This document shows positions 37,470 through 45,654 of a DNA stretch of 64,000 nt, piece by piece. The stretch comes from Gemmatimonadales bacterium. GTDB lineage: Bacteria > Gemmatimonadota > Gemmatimonadetes > Gemmatimonadales > GWC2-71-9. The position numbers and the translations under genes were made by a program. The notes beneath the pieces were generated by a model. It was given only the letters and a program-made list of their open reading frames with translations, was not told the origin of the DNA and searched no databases. Location: the NCBI GenBank assembly GCA_041613315.1, contig JBFJHJ010000014.1, positions 1-64,000 of the forward strand, in the 5' to 3' direction. The stretch's first letter is position 1, and every line of letters begins with the position of its first letter.

Positions 37470-38711
37470 TCACCCGCTCGACGGGTTCACCACCTTCCCC
37501 AGGAACAGGATCGTTCCCGAGAGGCGCTCGCGGATCGCCACCAGGAAGGGGCGGTCCACCACGATGCGCTGCGGGGCGCTCGTCGCGCCGATCCCCACCG
37601 ACGTCGCCGCCGCCGCCTCCGTGCCCTCCTCGTCCACGCGCACGAACGTCTTGTGCAAGACTTCGTCGATGTAGAACCGTACCGACGGTGTAACCTGAAA
37701 CATGTTGCTGAGGTCGGCGCGGTCGGGGTCGAAGGCTTCGGCCATGCCAAGCGCCTTGAGCGCCTCGTTGAGCCGGATCGTGTATTCCAGCTCGAACTTG
37801 GGTAGCGAGACGAATAGCGACCGCTCGCTCAGCGCCCCGAGCCACGCGTTCCACCGCTCCTCGGTGAGTTCCCGCGCGAGCGCGGCGGCCCCCGTCGGTT
37901 CGCTCGGCACCACGACCGTCATCACGTACGCCCCGCCGCCGTAGGGGAGCTCGGCCACGGTGACGTCGCTGCTCACCAAGGCGCGGACCGAGTGCTCCTG
38001 CTTCCGGGACATCATCGGTACGCCTACCGTGGATCCGCCCGCCAGGAGGAACGGCTGGTCTCGCGTGAGATCCTTGTCGAACTGTTGGGTCCAGTCGCCC
38101 TTGAAGTAGATCGCGTTGATCAGGTAGGCGATCACCTCGTCCGGGATGGGGTCCGGCACGATCGTCTTGATTCTCCCGCTCGTCTTGCGGCCCACCCAGC
38201 CGTTGATCGTGCCGGGTGTGGTGGGCGCACGGAAGTCGAGCGCGGTGACGTCGGCGTCGAAGTACGTGCGCGTCACGTCGAGAAACGGCGTGAGCGGCGT
38301 GAAGTTCTGGTCGTGCCACACCGAGTTGGCGAGCAGCCAGGTCACACGCGGATCGAGAGTGCGGAGCAGATCGATCACGCTCCGGTACGCGTGATTCACG
38401 TCCTCGATGGAGAGACCCTGCAGCTCAAGGGTTTGCTGCATGGCATCCCGCGTGGTTCCCGCGGCGCCGTTGTAGGCCATGCCCAGCGCCATTCCCACAC
38501 TGAGCGGCGAGATGAAAACGTTGGTATCGGCAACCTGTTGAAGGTTGATCTCACGGAACAGCTTGAACGCGAAGCGGTTGTCGGCGTCGATCAGGCCGCG
38601 CTCGGTGACGGTCAGCTCCCGAGGGAGTTCGGTGATGGGACCGAAGACGTCGCCGCACGCCATGACGAGGAGCACGCCGAACAAGGGGAGCAGACGGAAG
38701 CGCCGGGACAT
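37470..38711 (-). CDS. Serpin (serine protease inhibitor) lipoprotein
   Basis: Lipobox VMAC; NVFISPLS, INAIYFKGDW, EEGTEAAAAT and DRPF. Confidence 0.95.
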   Translation of the reverse strand: MSRRFRLLPLFGVLLVMACGDVFGPITELPRELTVTERGLIDADNRFAFKLFREINLQQVADTNVFISPLSVGMALGMAYNGAAGTTRDAMQQTLELQGLSIEDVNHAYRSVIDLLRTLDPRVTWLLANSVWHDQNFTPLTPFLDVTRTYFDADVTALDFRAPTTPGTINGWVGRKTSGRIKTIVPDPIPDEVIAYLINAIYFKGDWTQQFDKDLTRDQPFLLAGGSTVGVPMMSRKQEHSVRALVSSDVTVAELPYGGGAYVMTVVVPSEPTGAAALARELTEERWNAWLGALSERSLFVSLPKFELEYTIRLNEALKALGMAEAFDPDRADLSNMFQVTPSVRFYIDEVLHKTFVRVDEEGTEAAAATSVGIGATSAPQRIVVDRPFLVAIRERLSGTILFLGKVVNPSSG

Positions 38712-38775
38712 GGTGATGTCTCGCAATTGGGTTCACCTCGGATACCCCGCTCAGGGTGGGGCGAGTCACCGTCGG

Positions 38776-38791
38776 GGCAAATCGGGTGCCG
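38776..38791 (-). promoter_or_regulatory. Sigma54 promoter (CGGCACCCGATTTGCC)
   Basis: GGCAC-N5-TTGC upstream of the serpin. Confidence 0.7.
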
Positions 38792-39009
38792 CCCGGCCGG
38801 GTGCCCGGCGGCGGGCGGCCACTCGCGCGGGGCGCTCCAGCGGAGGCGGCGCGCCGCGGCCCGGCCTCCCGTCGAGACGCTCCTCCATGTGTCGATGCCG
38901 CCACGCTCCGACGTGTCCGCGTTTGACCGGCTCTGTCGTGCGGGTGCACCTTTGGGATGCCACCTGGTGCGTGCGCCCACCCGAACTTCACGACTGATGG
39001 AGGCGTAGC

Positions 39010-41664
39010 GTGACGCGATCGCTCTGGCTGTGCCCGCCGCTTCTCGTGCTGGCCGCGCTCGGTGCCGGCCACGTGTCGGCGCAACAGCTCCCTCGACCCG
39101 AGGACGCCTTCGGCTTCCGTCCGGGTGCCGATTACCAGCTCGCCGACTACGACCAGATGGTCGCCTACTACCGCCGGCTCGACGCCGCGACCGACCGGGT
39201 GCGGATGCTCGAGGTCGGCCGCACGGCTGAGGGGCGGCCGATGTACCTGGTGATCGTCTCCAGTGAAGACAACATGCGTGCCCTGGAGCGCTGGCAGTCC
39301 ACGAGCGCCCGGCTCGCCCGTGCTCGGATCGGCGACGACGAAGCGCGCCGTCTGGCCGCCGAGGGCCGCGCGGTCGTGTGGATCGACGGCGGCCTCGACG
39401 ACCAGGAGTATGCCACCGGCCAGCTGATGCCCGAGCTGATCCACCGCGTCGCCGCCGAGGAAACGGACGAGATGCGGAAGATTCGCCACAATGTCGTGGC
39501 GCTCATGATGCCGCACATGAACCCCGACGCGTCGGCGAAAGACGTCGCCTGGTATCGCGAGCAGCGGGGCACCCCGTTCGAGACGACGCGCAAGCCGCGG
39601 CTGGGCCAGCCGTACGTCGGGACCGACAACAACCGTGATTGGTTCATGATCACGCAGCCGGAGACCTGGGCCGCGTCGCGCATCTTCTACCACGAGTGGT
39701 ACCCGCAGATCGTCTACAACCACCACCAGACGGGGCCCTCGTACACCCGGATCTTCATCCCGCCCTACGCCGACCCCGTGAATCCGGACATCCATCCCGG
39801 CGTCACGGCCGGTGTGAACCTGGTGGGCGCAGCTATGGCGAGCCGCTACGCCGCGAAGCGCATGCCCGGGTACGTCTCCCGCGCCATCTACAGCATGTGG
39901 TGGAACGGCGGCATGCGCTTGGCACCCTACTACCACAACATGATCGGCATCCTCACCGAGACGTCGCACCGCTCGCCCACGCCGTACCGCTACGACACGG
40001 CCCGCTGGCCCGAGACCATCCCGATGCGGCGCGGCGAGGCGCCGCGCACCGATGGGACGAGCATCTTTCATCCGTATCCGTGGATCGGCGCGGAGTCCCG
40101 TTTCCGGGACGCGATCGACTACATGGCGGAGGCGTCGGTCGCGACGCTGAACCTGGCGGCCAACTACCGCGGAGAGCTGCTGTACAACATGTATCGGATG
40201 GGCCGCGACGCGATCGAGTCGGGCGAGGCCGGGCGCCCGTTTGCGTATGTGATGCCGGCCGAGCAGTGGGATGCCGGCGAGGCTCGCGAGCTTCTCGACG
40301 TCCTGCGCCGAGGCGGTGTCGAGGTCCACCGGGCGACGCGGGCGTTCCGGGCCGACGGCCAAGAGTACGCCGCCGGATCGTATGTGCTGTACGCGGCGCA
40401 GCCGTTCCGGCCGCACCTGATGAACCTGCTCGAGCCGCAGCGCTATCCGGAGCGGCGGCAATACCCCGGCGGGCCGCCCGAGACGCCCTACGACCTCGCG
40501 GGCTGGACGCTCCCGATGCAGATGGGCGTCGCCGTGGTCCGCGTGGACGCCACGTTCACGGCGCCGACGGAAGCGGTGGCGGACTTCGTTGCGGCGCCTG
40601 CGGGCGAGATGCGGGGGCGCGCCGACTTCGGGTACGTGCTCTCCCCGCGACTCAACGCCAGCGTCCGAGCCGTGAACCGCCTGCTCGCCGAGGGCGAGCG
40701 CGTGCACCGGGCAAGTGCCCCGGTGCAGGCGGGTCAGCGGCGGTTCGACGCCGGCGCCTTCGTGATCGAGAAAGGCGATCGCACCGAGGAGCGCGTGCGC
40801 ATCGTGGCGCGCGAGCTGGGCGTCGATGCCGCCGGCCTCGCCGGGCGGCCGTCCGTGGAGTTGCGCGCCCTCCAACTTCCGCGCGTGGGACTCTACGCGT
40901 CGTGGATGGCCGAGGACGACATGGGGTGGACCCTGTGGCTCCTCGAAACGTACGGGTTCGTCGTGGACACCCTACGCAACCGGGATATCCGGGAAGGCGA
41001 CCTGTCGCGCTACCATGCGATCATCCTGCCGGACCAGACTCCGGAGGAGCTCCTCGCGGGACACCCACCAGGCACGATGCCGGAGGCGTATGTGGGTGGC
41101 GTCGGCGCCGCGGGTGTGGCGGCGCTGGATCGGTTCGTGCGCGCGGGCGGGACGCTCATCGCCTTCGATGACGCCGCCGATTTCGCGATCGCGCAGCTGG
41201 GGCTCCCCATCCGGAACGCCGTGGCGGACATCCCGCCCGAGCGGTTCTTCATTCCCGGATCGCTGGTCCGCCTCGAGGTGGACGTGGCGCATCCGCTGGC
41301 ACGCGGCATGGAGCGCGAGACGGCGGCCTCGTACCAGCGCAGCCGGGCGTTCGAGATCGTGCGGCTCTCGAAGGCGATGGAAGGCGGGAGGGTCGAGACG
41401 CCCGACCCGCCGGCCGCGCCGGTGCACGTCGTGGCCCGCTACGGCCGCGAGCGCGTGCTCATGAGCGGCTGGGCGATGGGGGAAGACACCTACCTCGCCG
41501 GACGACCGGCGATGGTGCGGGTGGCGCACGGTCAGGGCGCCGCCGTGCTGTTTGCGTTCCGTCCGCAGTTCCGCGGCCAGCCGCGGGGGACGTACAAGCT
41601 GATCTTCAACGCGCTCTTCGCGGCGACGGAGGTCGACCGCGCTGCCGATAGCGACACCCCCTAG
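39010..41664 (+). CDS. M14-like zinc carboxypeptidase with a C-terminal glutamine-amidotransferase-like domain
   Basis: GRTAEGRPM, NPD, DNNRDW, YNHHQ and PYDLAGWTLP; first Zn motif reads DDQE. Confidence 0.85.
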   Translation: MTRSLWLCPPLLVLAALGAGHVSAQQLPRPEDAFGFRPGADYQLADYDQMVAYYRRLDAATDRVRMLEVGRTAEGRPMYLVIVSSEDNMRALERWQSTSARLARARIGDDEARRLAAEGRAVVWIDGGLDDQEYATGQLMPELIHRVAAEETDEMRKIRHNVVALMMPHMNPDASAKDVAWYREQRGTPFETTRKPRLGQPYVGTDNNRDWFMITQPETWAASRIFYHEWYPQIVYNHHQTGPSYTRIFIPPYADPVNPDIHPGVTAGVNLVGAAMASRYAAKRMPGYVSRAIYSMWWNGGMRLAPYYHNMIGILTETSHRSPTPYRYDTARWPETIPMRRGEAPRTDGTSIFHPYPWIGAESRFRDAIDYMAEASVATLNLAANYRGELLYNMYRMGRDAIESGEAGRPFAYVMPAEQWDAGEARELLDVLRRGGVEVHRATRAFRADGQEYAAGSYVLYAAQPFRPHLMNLLEPQRYPERRQYPGGPPETPYDLAGWTLPMQMGVAVVRVDATFTAPTEAVADFVAAPAGEMRGRADFGYVLSPRLNASVRAVNRLLAEGERVHRASAPVQAGQRRFDAGAFVIEKGDRTEERVRIVARELGVDAAGLAGRPSVELRALQLPRVGLYASWMAEDDMGWTLWLLETYGFVVDTLRNRDIREGDLSRYHAIILPDQTPEELLAGHPPGTMPEAYVGGVGAAGVAALDRFVRAGGTLIAFDDAADFAIAQLGLPIRNAVADIPPERFFIPGSLVRLEVDVAHPLARGMERETAASYQRSRAFEIVRLSKAMEGGRVETPDPPAAPVHVVARYGRERVLMSGWAMGEDTYLAGRPAMVRVAHGQGAAVLFAFRPQFRGQPRGTYKLIFNALFAATEVDRAADSDTP

Positions 41665-41881
41665 CCCGGCGAGCGGGCGGCGACGCGCCGGCTCGAGCCC
41701 CGGCGCTCGTCCCCACGCCGCTCGGCGATGCGCTGGTGTCGAGGTCGTGTGAGCATCCGCCGGGATGCCGATCGCGTGCACCACGCGTGAGCCGTGGCAT
41801 CGTGGTCCGGCCGCCGCCCTCCGGCTACATTTCGCTGTCCTCAGCAGACACTTCGCCGATCCGCTCCGGACCCCGGTCACT

Positions 41882-42700
41882 GTGACCTATTCCCTCGCGC
41901 TCCGTTACGCGTTGTGCGATCGTCCGGTCGAACTCGTGACGGACGATCCGGCGCTCGCCGAGCCGCTCCGACGGCTGTTTCCGGCATACGTGACGAACGG
42001 GGCCGCTCCGGCGAACCCGGACGTCGCGATCCGGCGTGCGGGCGACGGCTATCGCGTCGCGATCGGCTCGGGAACGCCGACCCTCTGCCGTACCGTCGTC
42101 GAGGTGATGGAAGTCAGCGAATTCGCGTTGTGCGAGGCCCTTCTCACGTCATGCCGCCGGTACATCCACGTGCACGCAGCCGGCGCGATCATGCACGGCG
42201 GTGCCGTGCTCGCGCTGGGGCGTGCGGGTGCGGGGAAGTCGAGTCTCGCCGTCGCGTGGAGCCGGCGTGGCCACGCGGCCCTGGGTGACGATATCGTGCT
42301 GCTCGACGTCGAGGGACGGGCACTCGCCTTCCGGCGGCTGTTCAAGGTGCACCCCGCGCTCCTGCAGAGGGTCGACGTGGACCTCGACAACACGCCGTTC
42401 TGGGTACCGGGGAGCACGGATGCGTGGTACGACCCCTCGGTGAGCGGCGGTTGGGTGGACGAGGCGCGGATCCGGGCCCTCGTGCTCGCGCGCTATCGCA
42501 CCGGCCGCCCGCTCGCGATCACCGAAGCGTCCTCTGCGGACGCGCTGAACGCGTTGGTGCACAGCGTCCTCCCGTCGGGCGTGCGCCGGCGCGCCGCGTT
42601 CGACACGCTGTGTCGGGTGGTGGCCGGAGCCCGCGCGTGGGAGGTGACGTTCGGCGACGTGGTGGCGGCCGCCCAGGCCCTGGAGGACCTCACCGCGTGA
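41882..42700 (+). CDS. HPr-kinase-like (P-loop) kinase
   Basis: HVHAAG, GRAGAGKSS Walker A and LGDD motif; start uncertain. Confidence 0.82.
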   Translation: MTYSLALRYALCDRPVELVTDDPALAEPLRRLFPAYVTNGAAPANPDVAIRRAGDGYRVAIGSGTPTLCRTVVEVMEVSEFALCEALLTSCRRYIHVHAAGAIMHGGAVLALGRAGAGKSSLAVAWSRRGHAALGDDIVLLDVEGRALAFRRLFKVHPALLQRVDVDLDNTPFWVPGSTDAWYDPSVSGGWVDEARIRALVLARYRTGRPLAITEASSADALNALVHSVLPSGVRRRAAFDTLCRVVAGARAWEVTFGDVVAAAQALEDLTA

Positions 42701-43815
42701 GCGAGCATATCGTCGTGCGGTTCCAGCGCGCGCTGGAAGATGCGGCCGAAGTCCTGGGGATGCCCGAGGAGGCGGGCGCCCGGCAGCTCGCGGTACGGTT
42801 CGGGATCGCCGGCTATCTCGCGCGGCACCGGAAACGGGTGCCCGAGACGCCACCCACGCCTGAGCACGTGGCCCCCCGGCTGTACGCCACGCTGTTTCGG
42901 GAAGCCGCGGGCGAGATCACTCGGCTCTTCAAGCGCCGCGGCGTCCGCCACTTCTTCTTCAAGGGCGTGGCACTCCTCGGCCGCATCTACGACGTGGGCG
43001 ATCGCGAGTTCGCGGACATCGATCTCGTCGTCGATCCCAAGCAGCTCAACACGGCCGTGGCGGCGCTCTACACGCTGGGCTACGTCGCCTACCGCGAGCC
43101 GGATCAGCCCGGGCCCGCGACCCTCCGGCCGGGGATGACCATGTATCTGCCCGGTCGCGGCTCCGACTTCGAGCAAGTCCTGCTCGACGTGCATTGGGGC
43201 TTGGAGCCCGTGACGCACCTGCTCCCGCGCGCCGACCTCGCGGTGCCCCAGGCCATCTGGAGCAACATCCAACTCGAGCGTGGCCTCACCGTGCCGATCG
43301 ACGAACACCACCTCGCGTTGATCGTCCATCACCTGGCGCACCACGACATGTTGCACGTGCGTGGGCTGCTGGACGCGGCACTCCTATGGGAGACACTCCC
43401 CAAGCGCGCCGGCGGCGAGGTCGACCAGGTGGTGAGGGCCATCGGCGTCCAGCGATCCATGCAAGCGGTGGCGCGGGTGCTGGTGGACGACCTCGCGCTG
43501 TATCCGCTCCGTGGGCTCCAGATCGGCGTGGACGGCCTGCGGGGCCGCGCGCTCCAGCGCGTGCTCTCGCTGCGCCGCTGGCTCGTCTGGGCGGCGCGGG
43601 CCAGTGAGCGGGAGCACGTGATGGTGACGCCCCGGCGGGTGTGGCGGCGTCTTCTGCTCGCCGACGACCTGAACGGCACCGCGCTGGGGCTCCTGGGGGA
43701 CGCGGTCAAGCCGCCCGACGAATACCTGCGGTGGCGCTGGCCCGACGCGTCCTCCGCGTTCAACGCGTGGATGCACCACCTGGGACGCGTCGCCGGCAAG
43801 CTCGTGGGTCGGTAG
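42697..43815 (+). CDS. Nucleotidyltransferase (NTP_transf_5-like)
   Basis: FKGVAL...Y...REFADIDL and DVHW. Confidence 0.85.
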   Translation: MSEHIVVRFQRALEDAAEVLGMPEEAGARQLAVRFGIAGYLARHRKRVPETPPTPEHVAPRLYATLFREAAGEITRLFKRRGVRHFFFKGVALLGRIYDVGDREFADIDLVVDPKQLNTAVAALYTLGYVAYREPDQPGPATLRPGMTMYLPGRGSDFEQVLLDVHWGLEPVTHLLPRADLAVPQAIWSNIQLERGLTVPIDEHHLALIVHHLAHHDMLHVRGLLDAALLWETLPKRAGGEVDQVVRAIGVQRSMQAVARVLVDDLALYPLRGLQIGVDGLRGRALQRVLSLRRWLVWAARASEREHVMVTPRRVWRRLLLADDLNGTALGLLGDAVKPPDEYLRWRWPDASSAFNAWMHHLGRVAGKLVGR

Positions 43816-43854
43816 ACGCTTGCCCGCCGTCGGGCGCGCCCTAATCTTGCCGAC

Positions 43855-44136
43855 ATGACGAGCGACGACCGCCGGGGGTCCCCCACCCGCCGCGACGACG
43901 TGGTGTTCCGCCAGCTGGACGACGATTGGGTCATCTTCGATCCCACGACCGATCGCCTGCACTCGCTCAACCTCTCCGCGGCGTTGATCTGGAGTCACCT
44001 CACGGGCGAGATGGATCTCGAGGAGATCGCCGCCGCGGTGGGAGCCACGTTCGATCCGCCCGTCTCCGGCGACCGGATGCTCGGCGATGTCGAAGTGGCC
44101 GTAGCCCGCTTCCGGGCCGAGGGCCTTCTCGCGTGA
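43855..44136 (+). CDS. PqqD-family RiPP recognition element
   Basis: VVFRQLDDDWVIFD..HSLNLSAALIW..L.G...EEI...F....DV......EGLL. Confidence 0.9.
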   Translation: MTSDDRRGSPTRRDDVVFRQLDDDWVIFDPTTDRLHSLNLSAALIWSHLTGEMDLEEIAAAVGATFDPPVSGDRMLGDVEVAVARFRAEGLLA

Positions 44137-45293
44137 GCGCCGCGTACTACCGCGATCTCCTCGCCCAGCGGGAGCGGATCGAAGCGTTCCGCCGGGCGAT
44201 CGCCCGCGTCGTGCGGCCCGGCGACCGCGTGCTGGATGTGGGAACCGGGCTCGGGACGTTCGCCTTCTTCGCGGCGGACGCGGGGGCGACGAAGGTCTGG
44301 GGCGTGGACGGCGATCCGGTCATCGCCACGGCGCGCGCCGTGGCCCGCGCGAACGGCTATGCCGGGCGTGTCGAGCTGATCCGGGGCTGGCTCCCCGAGA
44401 TCGAGCTGCCCGCTCCCGTTGACGTGATCATCTTTGAAGATCTCCCGAACCGGCTGGTCAACACTCGGGTGCACGGCCTGCTCCGGGCCGTCCACGACAG
44501 GTACGCGGTGCCGGGGGCGCGGACGGTGCCGGAGGCGGCCGAGGTATACCTCGCCCCGGTCCGCTCGGACGCCCTCTGGCGCACGGTCATCCCGTTCGGC
44601 GAGGGCACGCCGTACGGGATGGATTGGACGCCGCTCCGCGCGCTCGTCGCCAACCTGCCCCTCGACGGTTCCATTCCTTCCGGAGCGCTGGTGGGCGAGC
44701 CGGCGTCGCTGGGCGTCGTGCGGTTCGACGAGGTGCCGGACGCCGCCGCGCTGGGTGGTGAGACCGTCTGGCGGCTGGCCGGCTCCACGACGATCCACGG
44801 CCTCGCCTACTGGTTCGACTTGGACCTGGGAGGGGGGGAACGGCTGTCCAATGCTCCCGGCGCGTTTCCCGCCTCGTGGGGGCACCTGTTTCTCCCCCTC
44901 GATCCTCCGCTCGAGGCTGTGGGCGAGGTGCGGGCCCGCGTGCACGCGCACCGGTTCGCTGACGGCGCGCCGGGGTGGCTCAGTTGGGAGGTGACGGTGG
45001 GGGGGCGTACGGTGCGCGGGCACGAGTTCGCCGCCGAGCCGGCCTCGCTGGCCGATCTGCAGGCGGCGGCGCCTGATGGCGTGCCCCGGCTGAGTCCCCG
45101 AGGGGCGCTCGAGGGCCGTGTGTTGGCGCTCACGGACGGGCGCCGGACGATTCGCGAGATTGCACGGCAGGTAGCGGCGGAGCATCCCGCCCTCGCCCCG
45201 GCGGCGGCGGAGCGGCTTGTCGCCCGGGTGTTGGCGCATAGAATAGCGAGTGGCGACGTCCTCGCCACGGTGCACGACGGGAGTGCGAGATGA
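44133..45293 (+). CDS. PRMT-fold SAM methyltransferase with a C-terminal RRE/wHTH-like domain
   Basis: R.EAFRRAI, VLDVGTGLG, VDVIIFE, IHGLAYWFD, SNAPG..ASW; tail LTDGRRTIREIA. Confidence 0.82.
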   Translation: MSAAYYRDLLAQRERIEAFRRAIARVVRPGDRVLDVGTGLGTFAFFAADAGATKVWGVDGDPVIATARAVARANGYAGRVELIRGWLPEIELPAPVDVIIFEDLPNRLVNTRVHGLLRAVHDRYAVPGARTVPEAAEVYLAPVRSDALWRTVIPFGEGTPYGMDWTPLRALVANLPLDGSIPSGALVGEPASLGVVRFDEVPDAAALGGETVWRLAGSTTIHGLAYWFDLDLGGGERLSNAPGAFPASWGHLFLPLDPPLEAVGEVRARVHAHRFADGAPGWLSWEVTVGGRTVRGHEFAAEPASLADLQAAAPDGVPRLSPRGALEGRVLALTDGRRTIREIARQVAAEHPALAPAAAERLVARVLAHRIASGDVLATVHDGSAR

Positions 45294-45526
45294 GCGATTC
45301 CGACCGGCGGGAGTTCCTGAAGAAGCTGGCCAAGACGGCCGTCTATTCGGCGCCCGTCATCGCGAGCCTGGCGGCGCCGATCGAGCTGGTGGGCCAGGGA
45401 CAGTCGCCGACCCACAAGCACCATGGAGGCTCGGCGTCGCCGACGTCGCAGGAGCTGCCGCCCAATCCACAGCCCGGCGGGCCGCCCCCGTGGGACCAGC
45501 CGCCTCCGGGGGGGCGCCGGCGGTAA
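45290..45526 (+). CDS. Putative RiPP precursor with a twin-arginine-like leader
   Basis: ATGA overlap and RBS GGGAG; DRREFLK, YSAPVI, Ser/Thr/His/Pro-rich tail. Confidence 0.75.
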   Translation: MSDSDRREFLKKLAKTAVYSAPVIASLAAPIELVGQGQSPTHKHHGGSASPTSQELPPNPQPGGPPPWDQPPPGGRRR

Positions 45527-45558
45527 CCTCGACCTCCGAGCACGGGCGTCGAGTCTGT

Positions 45559-45594
45559 CGAGCGCCCGCGCGCCCTCCGGCGTGCGGGCGCTCG
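45559..45594 (+). terminator. 16-bp stem-loop closing the RiPP-like operon
   Basis: cgagcgcccgcgcgcc-ctcc-ggcgtgcgggcgctcg; no clear U-tract. Confidence 0.55.
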
Positions 45595-45654
45595 TGCCGT
45601 GTGTAGGTTAGCAACGGGAACCTCCTCCTCCTTCCGCGCGTTGAGGCCGGGGAC

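Noticed and set aside
41882..45526. Canonical lasso peptide or PQQ cluster
   Set aside because: No lasso cyclase or B2 protease, and no pqqB/C/E
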